Origin: Chrysomallon squamiferum
Taxonomy: Eukaryota; Animalia; Mollusca
Length of the DNA stretch: 64,000 nt
Direction of reading: 5' to 3'
Assembly (NCBI GenBank): GCA_012295275.1
Contig: CM022677.1
Span: 15,190,001 to 15,254,000 of the forward strand
Part shown: positions 43,233-57,590 of the stretch, piece by piece
How the letters are laid out: every line of letters starts with the position of its first letter
How positions within the stretch are numbered: the stretch's first letter is position 1
Program-made: the position numbers and the translations under genes
The notes under the pieces: generated by a model
Databases searched by the model: none
What the model was told of the DNA's origin: nothing
What the model saw: only the letters and a program-made list of their open reading frames with translations

Positions 43233-46200
43233 AAGATAGACTGTGCTGTTTGTAACCGAGAGGGTAAGATAGCTTGATGTAGAGATAGTTAGACGTATTG
43301 ATCGCTTGAAAAATAGATTGACAGGTTAGGAAACTGCTTTGGAAAGAAAAATCCATCTTTTGTGAATAATAATTGTTCCATATCAGTAGACACCTCATCT
43401 GTTTAAATTTTTCTCCCTATTCTTGTAACTGAAGCTGATTCCAGAATCTTGTCTTTCCTGTAGATACAATAATAAAATGTAATAGAAATAATTATTATTT
43501 TTCCATATATATATATAGATAGATAGATAGATATAGATATAGTTATAAACAGACAGATAGAGGATAGATAGGTACATGGATATAGTGATGAATGAATGGT
43601 TAGCTAGACAGGTAATAAGATTAAGCTACACCACAGGTTGATCAACAAACAGACAGATACATAGATAGACAAATAGCCAGAGAAATTGATGATGAAATAA
43701 AACAAACATAATAGATAGACTGATAGATAGATAGAAACATGCAGGTAAGTAAGGATGAGTAATTTGGACAGTGAAAGCCAGAGGGAGATATTTATATGTC
43801 ATAACCTATTCTTAAGTACATACACTTCTGTCTATGCTCTGTTGGCCTGTCTGTCTATCCACATATAGAAAGAGCTTTCAAAGTAATGACACTGTATTCA
43901 AAATTAGAAAAAGTAGCAATACCCTATGTATCCATCTGTTCATCTATCTTCAGTAACTATATCTGTATGTAGGTATTTCTATTTATCATAATCTATCTAT
44001 CTGTCTATCTATCTAACCAAAATAATGTTATTAATGTACTAATTAGCCATTCCCTTTGGAAATGTTGCCACACATACACCACGGTGTGGTTTACATACAC
44101 ATAGGGGATGTTAGTAATGGTTAGTATTTGGTTAAAGGTTAGTATTTGGTTTATGATTAATATTTTCTTAATGGTTAGTTTCTGTCTCTCACTCTCTATC
44201 TCTTTCTCTTTTCTCTCTTTCTCTCTCTGTCTATCTCTGTCTCTCTGTGCATCTCTGTCTATCTCTGACTCTGTGCAATTCTCTGTCTATCTCTGTCTCT
44301 CTGTGCAACTCTCTCTGTCTCTCTTTCTCTCTGTCTTTCTCTTTCTCTCTCTGTCTTTCTCTATCTCTTTTATGTTTTTTTTTTCTCTCTCTGTCTATCT
44401 CTGACTGTGCAACTCTCTCTGTCTATCTCTGTCTCTCTGTGCAACTCTCTGTCTCTCTTTCTCTTTCTTTCTCTGTCTCTCTCTCTGTCTATCTCTCTTT
44501 CTCTCTCTGACTTTTGTCTTTCTGTCTCTCTCCTTGTCTCTATCTCTCTCTGTCTCCCTATGTCTCTGTCTCCCCATGTCCCCGTCTCTTTCTCCCTCTG
44601 TCTCAGTCCCTATCTGTCTCTCTTTATCTCTGTCTCTCACTGTCTTTCTCTCTTTGTCTCTCTATGTCTCTCTGACTCACTTTTCTCTCTGTCTCTCTGA
44701 CACTATCTGTGTCTCTATCTCTCTCTCTATCTGTCTGTCTGTCTGTATCCCTCCGTGTGTTTTTCTCTGTCTCTGTCTGTTTCTCTCTAACTCTCTGTAA
44801 CTCGCTTTCTTCTATCCACACAAACTTATCCTTTCTGCCTAAAGCAAAATTAACCAACAGCAAAAGCAACAGCTGTAACACCAATATTAGCAATAATAAC
44901 AATAATAAAAATAGTAATAATTATAAACGGTAAAAAAAAAAACATTGTTAGCAATAATATCAACAAGAATAAAAACAAAAATGAAAGAAATATGACACAC
45001 ACTCACACACTTAATTACACTTTTAAACACCTGAATTGATGTTGCATTCCGCGCTCTAGAAATCATTATACCTGTGAAATGATCAAACAGTGTCCACTAA
45101 TTAAATTCAATTAAATTATTGGATTCCATTGGTTGAAAATATACCTGAACATTAATCACAAGTGAATATATTGACATATAGTTATCTCCCTTTAACATGA
45201 AAACGAATAACCTCTCGGATAGAGTTATGTCCCCTATGGTACATTTTTCTCCTTGATTATTCAGGTTACAGCTAACATATTCCTATATAGAGTTATATCC
45301 CCTTTGTTACATTTTTCCCGGTGATTATTCAGGTTAAAACGAACATATTCCTGTATAGATTTATCTCCCTTTAACATGAAAACGAATAAGCTCTCGGATA
45401 GAGTTATGTCCCCTTTGCTACATTTTTCTCCTTGATTATTCAGGTTAAAACGAACATATTCCTGTATAGATTTATCTCCCTTTAACATGAAAACGAATAA
45501 CCTCTCGGATATAGTTATCTCCCCTTTGTTACATTTTGTTCTTGATTATTCAGGTTCAAATGAACATATTTCTATATAGAGTTATGTCCCCTTTGGTACA
45601 TTTTTCTCCGTGATTATTCAGGTTAAAACGAACATATTCCTGTATAGATTTATCTCCCTTTAACATGAAAACGAATAACCTCTCGGATAGAGTTATGTCC
45701 CCTTTGGTACATTTTTCTCCTTGATTATTCAGGTTAAAACAAACATATTGAAGGGAAATAACTCTATTTGTGAATATATTCGCTGGTAACTATTATTACC
45801 TTATTCAAATGAAAAACAGCAGAACAATAAAAAAAAAATAGTTTAAGAAATATAGAGTTTTACCCCCCCCTCCTTGATTATTGAGGGTACTAAACCAAGT
45901 TCAAACATGTTTCTTTAAGTTATGTCCCTTTGTGAGATTTTTCCCGTGGGATTATTCAGGTTAAAACAGAACATATTCCTGTATAGATTTATCTCCCTTT
46001 AACATGAAAACGAATACTCTCGGAAGTAAAGTTATGTCCCCTTTGATTACAGTTTAGTCCTTGATTATTGACAAACATAGGTTACATAGGTCCTGTATTT
46101 GATGTCTCTTTTTTTCTCGATTAGAGTTATTATTCATGGTCTTGAATTCAGGTTAAAAAAATAAATCGATTAGATTTTTGAAAAAACATGGAATAATGAA

Positions 46201-46574
46201 GTTTCTAATTTAGATTTTTTTTTCAATAATTCAGGTTAAAACAAACATGCTGGAAATAACTATTTAATTATTAAGTAAGAAAAATAATTATTAAAAATAA
46301 CATTTTTATTCAATATAGAAGATTGTAACAGCAGAACAATAAAAAAAAAAAATAGTTTAAGAAATAAAAACGCATGGCCCCTACCCCCCTGCCCTAGTAC
46401 CCCACCCTCACAGCTTGTGAAGGTACTAAACCAAGTTCAAACTTTAATGTTTCTTGTAAGCATGTTCACGTGTGAGATCGTGGGATTGAATGTCGGCGTT
46501 TTTGGAGACATCAGCAGTACTTTCCGATTCCAGATTCATCTACGAAATATTGTGGAAACATCACTTTCTTTATA

Positions 46575-46726
46575 CAGGATGGCCCAGATGTAACCGAACT
46601 CGAAAGCTCAATCGATGATCACTGATTTCAAGTCTGCTTCACGGAAATGCGCAAAAAAGTAACTGAATCAACCATTGAACGATGTCATCATTGTATGCCA
46701 AATAATGTTACATCTGGGCCACCCTG
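46575..46726. mobile_element. Right-arm copy of the TA-flanked MITE, internally deleted
   Basis: ta|caggatggcccagatgtaacc ... gttacatctgggccaccctg|ta. Confidence 0.85.
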
Positions 46727-47974
46727 TATATAACATGGGTCATACCCCGTTATGTGTCACCAGAGGTAGGAGGAGTTTACTGGGCGAAGTAAAGGCTATA
46801 TTGATTACAGTTTAGTGATATGTGCTCACAAACATAGATTAGAGTTAGGTCCCTTACATGAGATGTACTCAGTAAACTAATTAAAGATTATATCGATTAG
46901 ACTTATCTCCCTTTAGTGATATGTGTTCACAAACAGATCAGAGTTATGTCCCTTTTGTGAGATGTACTCACTAAGCAAAGTGAAAATTGTATCGATTACA
47001 GTTATCTCCCTTACGTGACATGTACTCACTAAATAAAGTAAAAATTATATCCATTAGAGTTATCTCCCTTCAGTGATATGTGCTCGCAACTTTAGCCTTA
47101 CGTGAGATGTACTCACTAAGCTTACGCCCGCTAATTATCCATGTGGGATAAATGGAATCTCGAAAAATGCCGGGGACTAGGGCAGGGGGCGGATAGATAA
47201 AAATAGGTGAGAACACTTTCCCCTGGCAGAAAGCCCGTGCTTCCGGGGTAGGGCGGGTGGGCATGTGTTCAACTCACCTTTTCTGTCCTAAGCTCACCCG
47301 TTTTTATCCTATCCACCCCCGTGCCCTAATCACGCACACACCGACTGTCTGTCCTCCATACGGATGGAGCTACTGATAAACACAGGCTGAAGTTTGTACA
47401 AGCACTAGGGGCTTTTAAGATTAAACTGGTAATTAAATATTAAAAAAAGTTTAATATTGTTTCTGTTTACTGACTGAAAATATAGAAACTTATCTAGTAT
47501 TGCAATTACTGATAGTGACTTCAGGATCTGTCTGATCTATCTATCTATCCGTGCATACACGTGCATACACATATGTACACATGCACGCATGCACTTACAC
47601 ACTGTCTGATAGAGGTAAGCTTCTGAAAATCGACTGAATATTCACGAGTATAAATAGAATATATATGAATCCATGATTGGTGTTGGTGCACACATTTGCA
47701 TACAAAAACACACATACACAACAAACACATAAATTAAGCTATGCATTTCTTTGTTTATTTTTTTATTGGTTTTTCATCCATTTTCCAATCCAGTGCCTCC
47801 TGCAAGCATTATTCGAGATTTTAAAAATGATTTTTGTAATATGATTTTAAATAATTACATATATTTATCTTGTCAATCAATTTATACTTGTTAAACAGTT
47901 TACACAAATACTTTGAGGTGTAAATAATGTTTATCAATATTCTGCCTTATAACATGATTAGTATAACATTAATT

Positions 47975-48666
47975 CAATGATTCTCGACCAGTGTGCCACG
48001 AGATCTTCCTATGTGTGCCGCAAAATTTTGAAATGCACACTAAGAAAATGCGAAAAACCACGTGATCCCAAAATAAAACAAACAGTAGAATGCAAGGTAA
48101 AAACGAAAATATTCTCACTTCAACAGACAAGTTAGTTGCCCATTCTTCCAACATTGAACTTGAGTTACAGGAAGAAGAAGAATTGGCCGCCCTTTCTAAT
48201 GACCTTAAAATTAAAACATTCGACTCTGCCCATTGATTCATTTTGGATTTCAATACAAGAGGTGTATCCCATATTATGTAAAAGAGTTTTAGCAATTTTA
48301 TTACAATTTTCAACTCCTTATATATGAGAATTAGGCAACATCAAAAACATGAAGTACGAGAGATTACTACAACGAAAGAAGAAATGAGGGTGTGTCTGTC
48401 TCATATTCGACCAAACACTGAGGAAATTATGAAAAAATGCCAGACACAAATTTCTCACTAAAGAAGCCAGCTATTTGACTGATAACATTCGAAACACTGC
48501 AGTGAAGTATAGCTGTGTTTTTCTTTATTTGGTTTGAGTTATTCTATGTGTCTATGACTAGTCTGGGTCTATGGTTGTATGCCGTCTATGACTTTACAAA
48601 ATTCAAATATTTTTCATATATATTTAGCCAGGTGTGCCGTTGGCAAAAAATGATTGAGAACCACTG
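47975..48666 (+). mobile_element. Right-arm copy of the Buster-type hAT element with intact 8-bp TSD CATTAATT
   Basis: cattaatt at 47967-47974 and 48667-48674; degenerate TIRs; lacks about 200 bp present in the left copy. Confidence 0.92.
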
Positions 48667-49209
48667 CATTAATTCATAGATAATTTTGCATATCTGATCA
48701 ATAACCTGTCTTAAAGATATTTAAGAATATTTAATATTCAAGCGCAATTAAAGAATATTTAATTCATTTTTAATATTTTTATTTTTATATTAATTTATTT
48801 ATTTAATTTCACGCTTATAGTTGATGGTGTCTGGTCTGCATGGACACTTCAGAGACTGGGTAGTTGTAGTGAAACATGTGGTAGAGGCACTAGAATAAGA
48901 TTTGAGATAAGAACATGCTACGAAGAGGAATCTTCAAGAAGCATGTGAAACAAATGTCTTATGTCCAGTTAACAAGCAATAATTATACTTCTCTGCCTAC
49001 AAAAGTGAAAAATGACTCAAATAATATTAAGGATTTCTCTTAAAAAAAAACCCAAAACCCCCATAAAAAACAAAAACATTCAGTTGTTAATGATTTAGTG
49101 GAACTTTATGGCTAATGAATTACATTAGGTATATTGATAACCCAACAGTAAAGCATTAAACAGCACATTTCTAAAGTTATAAAGCATGTTTTATATTCCA
49201 TTTATATAT

Positions 49210-50240
49210 CGGTAGTATGGTTGAAATAACAGTGGCAGATTAGTAGTAATAGCAGTAGTATGGTTGAAATATTAGTAAGATCAGTGACACATTAGTAGTA
49301 ATAGCAGTATTATGGTTGAAATAATAGTGACATATTAGTAGTAATATCAGTAATATATCTGAAGTAACAGTGACATAGTAGTAGTAATATCAGTAATATC
49401 CCTGAAGTAGCAGTCACAGATTAGTGGTAATATTAGTAGTATGGCTGATGTAACCGTGACAGATTAGTAATAATAGCGTAATATTGCTGAAGTAACTGAT
49501 AGATTAGTAATAATAGCAGTGGTATTGCTGAAGTAAAAGTGATTAGTAGTAATATCAGTAGTATCGCTGAATAACAATGGTAGATTAGTAACAATAGCAG
49601 TAGTATCGCTGAGGTAACAGTGATAGATTACTAGTAATACAGTAGTATCGCCGAAGTAACAGTGATAGATTACTAGTAATACAGTAGCATCGCTGAAGTA
49701 ACAGTGAAAGATTACTAGTAATACAGTAGTATCGCTGAAGTAACAGTGATAGATTAGCAGTAATAGCAGTCATATTGCTGAAGTAACAGTGAGAGATTAG
49801 TAGTACCAGAAGTAGTATTGTTGAAGTAACAGTGAGAGATTAGTAGTAACAGAAGTAGTATTGCTGAAGTAACAGTGAGAGATTAGTAGTACCAGAAGTA
49901 GTATTGCTGAAGTAACAGTGAGAGATTAGTAGTACCAGAAGTAGTATTGCTGAAGTAACAGTGACACAGAAGTAGTATTGCTGAAGTAACAGTGAGAGAT
50001 TAGTAGTACCAGAAGTAGTATTGCTGAAGTAACAGTGACACAGAAGTAGTATTGCTGAAGTAACAGTGTATTAGTAGTACCAGAAGTAGTATTGCTGAAG
50101 TAACAGTGACACAGAAGTAGTATTGCTGAAGTAACAGTGAGAGATTAGTAGTAATACAGTAGTATCGCTGAAGTAACAGTGAGAGATTAGTAGTAATACA
50201 GTAGTATCGCTGAAGTAACAGTGAGAGATTAGTAGTAATG
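49210..50240. repeat. 42-43 bp minisatellite (gtaacagtgagagattagtagtaatacagtagtatcgctgaa and variants)
   Basis: Tandem units, degenerate on the left and more homogeneous on the right. Confidence 0.92.
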
Positions 50241-52459
50241 GCGATAGTATCGATGAAGAGACGGCGGCAGATGAGTAGAAATAGCAGTAACTTAATGGTG
50301 ATATCAGTAATAATAACAGTAATTTCAATACTAGATACGCACTGCAGGAAAGTAAGAATCGTAAAATGCGAAAAAGAATAATAAACACCAAGCCTTGAAG
50401 GACAACACAGGTACGACAGCAGCGTCTCCAACGTTAACACTAATAATAAAGATGTATTAATAATATATTTTAATACAGGATGCGCAAAGATAAGAAATAG
50501 GAATAATAGGTGATAAAGAACAAAGAAGAACACTGAGAAGCACTCTAATAACTACGTTAGGAACTATGCCGGTACGACGGCAACGACGGCGACATTAATA
50601 GAAATTACAATAATACAATTTAATACTCAGAAAGTATTCTCAGAAAATCAGTGCTGTGTTGGTTAAACAAGTGCACACTTCAGCATCAAACCTATCTCTG
50701 AAAATGTATCCCTTTTCATAGAACATGATTATTGTAAACACTCGTGTGAAAACAACTGTGATTTATTCAAGTGAGGATAATGTAAATTCTCTCAACTCAT
50801 TTGATCGCTAACTGTAAATCATAAAACAAAAGACTTGAATTGATATAAGGAACATGTTTTTATTGGTTTGCGTACATTTCAATACAAATATTTCCTTTTT
50901 CACATTCGCAGTTTTCAAAAGGCACTTTACGTACACATTCATATTCATAAAATAAATTTAAATAAGATACGTTTACATTTTTATACAGACAGACAGATAT
51001 GGACACACAGACACACGCACACACGCACATAATCACTTGCAGAAAATAATGAAACATATTTCATCTTCTGAAGAGTTTACAAAATAGAACCGTTAATTAG
51101 AAGGTAAGTACGTGGCTACATAGTAGCAAATAAAACGTTTAAGACAAATATATTCAGATATAATTAAATATATTTTGATATGATTAGGTATATTTTGATA
51201 TGATTAAATATAATGTTGATATGATTAAATATAAAAATGTCCATCTGAATCAAATAACGTCTTTAAAATACCCAACTATTTATTTTGGGACATTTTCCTC
51301 CTGTGTGATATTGTGTTTTATGATCGCTGTAACATAACATTCCGCGACACAATTTACATCTCTCTCTCTAGATGAAATTACATAATTAATCTAAAATTCA
51401 GCTAGTATTTATCAAATTATGTAATTAAGAATATATCATTAATTTTTCTTAAACACATCTAAAAGTAAGTTAATAATCGAGAATGAAATTCCATATTTAT
51501 TCAATAACATAACCGATAATCTCTAATTAATATAATGTTAAAATGCCATATAAATAACAGAGACATGATAAAACAAGGGTCTTATTTTTGGGTAACATTA
51601 TCAGTGCAAATAGCGATATTCTTTAGTTAACTGTGGTTTTGATAAAAGTTCACGATTTCTCATGTAATTACATTATAAATAAATCATTATTATCATTATT
51701 AAATACTTTTTTAAAAAGAAGTATTTAGTTTTTATCTCGACAGAAACAATACACTAAGAATAAATATGATTTATCTGATAACTTCACGCGGCCTAATAAA
51801 AAATTCGAAGTAATTTTTATATCCGCACTCAGAACAGTTCTAATGAAACTAAGAGAATAGCGTCAAACATACATAGGAAGCTTCCGTTTTTACAGAAAAA
51901 TAAAAACAAAATAAAAAATAAAACTATAAAGGTGTTATTACTGTTGTTGTTATTTAGCTGTTGACGAAGGGAGGACTGACAACTATGGTGTCTGCTTCAC
52001 TGTTATATTGATTATTACTGGTGGAGCGGTTATATTAATATCTAATGTAGTAAGAGAACTTCAGGTATAATAAGAAATGTAAAGTATATTACACTATACA
52101 AATTGCGCTGATGTACACCCTTTAATGACTGTAATTAAAAAATTAAGTTCAGTTCAAGTTTGTCAAATTTGCTTAATAAAATTAATTATTATCAAATTTA
52201 AATTGACCTTTTATTTTACGAGAAATAATTTGATTAATCTGAAATTCATCAACATTTTGAAGTTTATTAAACTATTTTTATTAGATATATATTTCTTTCA
52301 CAAACATTATTTAGACTGTCAATAGCGGTATCCTTAATTAAAAATATCACCTTATTTTTACTTGTTTATGATTTATGTTATGATTTATAGTTTTACAAAA
52401 CAAACTTGATAACTTTGTGTACATAATGGAATATTATTTGAGTTTTCTTCTATTTTTTT

Positions 52460-52497
<38 letters not shown>

Positions 52498-53647
52498 CAT
52501 AATAATCATAATAATAAGAATAATAAGAATAAGAATAATAAAACGCTCTATATTTCCCAGTATACAGGTCTTCCCTATAATCGATGAAATGTAAGATGTT
52601 ATAAAGCAAAAGTTGAGTGGGCGCGAGATCAGGCTGATATTTTTTTATTAACTCAATACAAACTATGACAGGGTAATATCAACCTTTTCCATTTTCAGTC
52701 TATCTAATCTATCTGTCTGTCTGTTTATCTATCTATTGTATGTATATCTATTTTCCTATTAATCCATATGAAGGTATCTTGCTCGGTCTATCTATCCGTC
52801 AATCAAAAAGGCATCAAATCATCTCTGATCCCTTTCGCTTCATCCAACATGTCCGTCAGTTTACAACTAAATGTAATTCATCCTGGTCTCTGTATCTATG
52901 TGTGTCTCTGTGTTTGATGAACATCAATCTTTCAGCAACTTATTTTCAATGATCCATTTGTCGATTTGTACAGTATAACAAAATTAAGAAGTAATTTCAA
53001 TACCCATCCCCAGCACGATTTGTAGACGTAAGAGCAACTTATTGTAGCGTGAACTGTAAGCTCTGTGATTAAAAAGAAAGAGAAAGTAGGGGAAAAAATA
53101 ACAACACCGTTTATTTGAAGTTTACGTCAATGATTGGCTAATAAAAAACAACAAATAATAATAATAATAAGAACCACATCGAGTATATTTTAATAAAGGT
53201 TGTTATGTTCTTTTATTTTATTTATTTGTTTTGAACTCTTTTTCTTTCTTTTTTTAGGATTGTATTTTCATAAAAATGCGGGATGATTGTCGGGACTTGA
53301 TGGATGTAATTGGTTATTTAACGTTTGAAGAATCTTCTACAGAATTGGTGTAATCGCATATCATGCAACACAAAAGTTGCTTAAAGTATTTAATTTTGTG
53401 AAGCAGACAGGTAGTACTATTTATTATTATAGTTGTTAATGAGTTTGGATTTTTTATTTTTTATTTAAATATAATTTAAACGTCACAGCCACCTGATAGC
53501 AGCCATCTTATTCGGGAATAATATTTATTTATTTATTATTATTATTATTTTTGACATGTGTAGCACACACCAAAGTAAACACCACTCAACAACTATGTGT
53601 CAACTCACAAACAATTTTTATTTATTTATTTATTATTATTATTATTA

Positions 53648-53705
<58 letters not shown>

Positions 53706-53937
53706 TTTTTTTTTTTTTTTTTTTTTATTTTTTTTTTTTTTAATATACTAGTAAAACTATTAAAAGAAAATATACTGATTTTGTTTGGCAGGTTGTTTTC
53801 CGTCAGTTTATTTACGATTTATTTTTTTAAAGATATATGTTAAATTGCTGACTTCCTCTATCCATTAAATTATTTTTTTTTTTTTAACCATATTAAAGTT
53901 TATAATGGCCGGGGCCCTAAATTACTTTCATATTATT

Positions 53938-54118
53938 TAAAGCTAAATACCAGTATAGCTCTATGTTAATGTTAAAACTAATAAAGCTAAATACCCGTAT
54001 AGCTCTATGTTAATGTTAAAACTAATAAAGCTAAATACCCGTATAGCTCTATGTTAATGTTAAAACTAATAAAGCTAAATACCCGTATAGCTCAATGTTA
54101 ACGTTAAAAACTAATAAA
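53938..54118. repeat. 44-bp tandem repeat, 4 copies
   Basis: agctaaatacc at 53941, 53985, 54029, 54073. Confidence 0.95.
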
Positions 54119-55254
54119 GATGAATACAAATAAAAGAAAAATATGACCAGGTTATTTCATATGTAAAATTATTTGTTATAATAATTTACAACATGATCAA
54201 CTCATGCAGTATAAACCTAAGAATGTATAAGGTATTTATTATTATTATTCATTTGCTTTTTCATATCATTACTAATATTTATTTATTTTTCATGTTTTCC
54301 AGGACAAATTAAAATCATCAGTGTCATGGATAAGGAGAAAATATTCCAAATGAATTTAAAGAATGTTTCTATGAAAAATCAGATGCAAGTGAAATATTTT
54401 ATAAATTTCTCATCCAGCTACACAATCACTGACCAGAACCACACTATAGAGTGCAAGTGCTGCTGGAATACTATAATATGATATATCGATGGTTTACATT
54501 CAGCATAGACAGGAACAAGAAGGAAAAGGCAGAGCACCACTGAATTCTGCAGTTTTGTGAAAACAAGCTGATACTGGTGAAAACACTTCATCTGCTACTC
54601 TGCCAAACAAAACAACTTGGTAGATGACTGTGATGGCTGTGTGCCACGGTGGGAAAGACAACAGCCAGGAAGTTGAGCAGCACACTCGAAGGACCAAACT
54701 AGTCCTGTACCTGATTCAGAGTGGGATGAATACACCCAGGTCCCTGTCCCCTACTTCATCATCACAGAAATCCAGGTAATTTTCCAAAGAAGGGATACAA
54801 GAGACTATTGATAATGTGAACCAACAGCCTGGTGTCAATTAATGTGTCAGGCCGGTGTTAGAATGTTTTCAGAAACCTCTCAACAGCGGAGAAGGATGAA
54901 TCAGCTGTACAGAAACTGCAGACTGCACAATTCCAAGTTGTGATTTTTTTAGCTTATTTTTATTTCTTAGAGAAAGTGAAATAAATTTTATAGAAACAAC
55001 TCTTTACTGATTGTAAAATACCATAATAATAATCATTTATTTGCTATTGTTTTGTTAATTAATTAAATTAATACCATTATCATCATTACCATTATAATAA
55101 TTATACAAAGTATACCAAAAATATCCCACACCACTTTGTGTCTGAATAATCGAGTAACTGATAACAGTCAAATTTTAATAATAACAGAAACATTATTTAT
55201 TTATAACAGTTTATTATTTTTATTATTTTATCTCTCTTTTTTTTTTTTTTTCAG

Positions 55255-55378
55255 AATGCACATAGAGCTCTAATTGATGCGCTGATGTTGGCTAGTGAAG
55301 TTGTTTCAGCAGAAGGTGCTGTCCAGCACTGAGGATAAAGTTTGTACTGCTGCTACTGGAAAAGAGAAAAAAAACTGA
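55255..55378 (+). pseudogene. Possible terminal exon of a DEDDh 3'-5' exonuclease (NAHRALIDALML..)
   Basis: Strong polypyrimidine acceptor followed by HRALxD, the ExoIII motif pattern. No ExoI or ExoII exon found. Confidence 0.4.
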
Positions 55379-55494
55379 ACAGTGAATTTGAGTTTGTTTT
55401 CTTAATATTCTAAACTTAATGAAGTTTAATTTAATTGAATGTAGGAAGTTGCATTGTGTAACATACATTAGAATCTTGTGTCATACACTGCATT

Positions 55495-55497
<3 letters not shown>

Positions 55498-55588
<91 letters not shown>
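55498..55588. repeat. (CT)n plus (CA)n microsatellite
   Basis: Seen directly. Confidence 0.95.
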
Positions 55589-55590
<2 letters not shown>

Positions 55591-56384
55591 CTTACTTTTA
55601 TACAAACCTGATTATTTTGTTGTAACTTTCTATATTTTAAAATAAAAGAAGAAGAAGCATCATATTTTCTAAAATCAGGTTTGTTTCATCTGCATACTTA
55701 TTTCATGTGGAATTAAGTACAGATGTAAAACATGTATCTGAACAGCTTAATAATGTAATTAATAATGTCTATAATTTTTAGTCATTTCGAGCTCCTTTAT
55801 TTTTTATATTGGTTTGAGGAGTCCCACTAACCAATCGGATAGTATAATTGCTGAGTGAAGAATAACATTAAACAATAGAACATATAAATGTATCATACGG
55901 TTAGCAGTATATTTAATATATTCATTAATAATAAAATCTTTTATCATATCAGATAGTTCTGCTATTAGTTTCGAAAACAAAGAGCTGCCACAAATCAACA
56001 TTCCAGAATAACATCAACAAGTCAGCAGGGCTGCTCTCATTATTGAATGAATCTGGAATATTTTTGGGACTGAGTGGTTCTTTAGGACTGAATTTTTTTC
56101 ACGATACTCTATCATGTCATTCATCCACTGACGCTGATCTACCTAAAGCTGAGAAATCTGTAGCCACACCTCTACCACAGCCACACCCCCTAACAGGTTG
56201 TAAAACATCACCACCTGGGTCGTGGTTATCAGTAGAATCACTTTCATTTTCACCTTCATTTGCATTCGTGTTATTATCATTTGTATCATTGACAACATCA
56301 TCGTCACTATCTTTGCTTTAAAAATCACTATTATTTCCATATTCCAATGCTTCATTCTCATCCTCAGAATCTGACATTATCCTT

Positions 56385-57590
56385 CATAATCACTTGACTT
56401 CGCTTAAGAACACGCTTAACTTGTTTCTGTTGTGCGACTACTGCAAGCTTTCTTTTCTTGTCTATGCTGCTCTTTGATTGAATCATTTCTGGTAGAGGTT
56501 GAATTGTTTCTGGTAGAGGTAGAGTTGTTTCTGATAGAGGTTGAGTTGTTTCTGGTAGAGGTTGAGTTGTTTCTGGTAGAGGTTGAGTTGTTTCTGACAG
56601 AGGTTGAATTGGTTCTGGTAGAGGTTGAGTGTCTGGTTGAGTTGAGAATGGACAGAGTGTCTAGTAAGTCATCTTCTTTCTGTAGCTTCTGGATAACATC
56701 ATGTGGTAATGACGAGAAGGTCAAACCAATCCTGGATTCAATGCCAAATAAGGTGGTACAAGGTGACTGTTTTATTCCAGCATTGAAACTCGAGTTCTTG
56801 TGAAACTGAACAAATTTAACACCAACAGTCCAGTCAGTGGTATCATTCTCACTCATCCTCACAACAAGCGAGTCTTTAATGTCATAATTCACATGTTCTA
56901 CAAAACCTTGACCATTTGTGTGGCGTGGTTTGCCATGCCCTATAACTAGCTCAGGCCACAACTCATTCAAATCAGAAATGATTTGAGCTGTATATTCAGA
57001 ACTGTTGTTGCTCTGTACTATATGTGGTGCACTGAATAGCAGAAATATGTCCATGAGTTGGTTTTAACTTCAGCAGCTCACTTTGATGTCAGGGGGCGGA
57101 TAACAACAAACTTTGTAAGATGATCCTGATACACCATAATCCACTTGACAGAACCATGCGGTAACAATTGCATATCAATGAGATCTACTTGGCCACGAGC
57201 AGAGAACTCTTTAGACAAGATTGGTCAGACAACCGCACCCTTTGTCATCAGTTTACACTGACAGTCAGTGCACACTGACTTAAACAGTTCAGTAGAATCC
57301 CTGGTAACATTGGCATACTTCTTGCCTAACTCCTTTACCATTTGATTGCGACCACTGTGGCCAGTGTCAGTGTGGGCACGTTTGATAACAACTTTGATGT
57401 GCACGTAATATTCAGGTCATCGTTAAACGTGAGACGTCTTATCAACTTCTCAACATCACCACACTGAAGAATCTCATACTTGAACAGAAGATAATAACCT
57501 TGGTGTCACTTAGATGATGATTGTTCATTTAAATGCTTCAGTTCATTTATCAACAAAAAGTACTCTGGTTTTGGTATAAGTATCAGGCAA
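56385..57590 (-). mobile_element. Decayed Ginger2-type (KRBA2/SCAND3-like) DDE integrase
   Basis: YEILQCGDVEKLI; H2C2 region AHTDTGHSGR..CTDC; RGQVDLIDMQ; YQDHLTKF; FSAPHIVQSNNSSEY; HGKPRHTNGQGFVEH; KQSPC. Has stops, frameshifts and D to N at the second catalytic Asp. Confidence 0.9.
56483..56640 (-). repeat. 21-bp coding tandem repeat (STRNNST)n inside the integrase tail
   Basis: About 7 copies of ttgtttctggtagaggttgag. Confidence 0.9.

Larger units (their letters stand above)
40697..48666 (-). repeat. Right arm of large inverted repeat
   Basis: Reverse complement of 27720-38033 with substitutions, microsatellite length changes and a 1.2 kb indel. Confidence 0.95.

Noticed and set aside
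50000-50533. 177-aa minus-strand ORF
   Set aside because: Largely a translation of the 42-bp minisatellite, with no domain signal.
50555-50600. acgacggcaacgacggcgac, reminiscent of Harbinger MITE ends
   Set aside because: No matching opposite terminus found.
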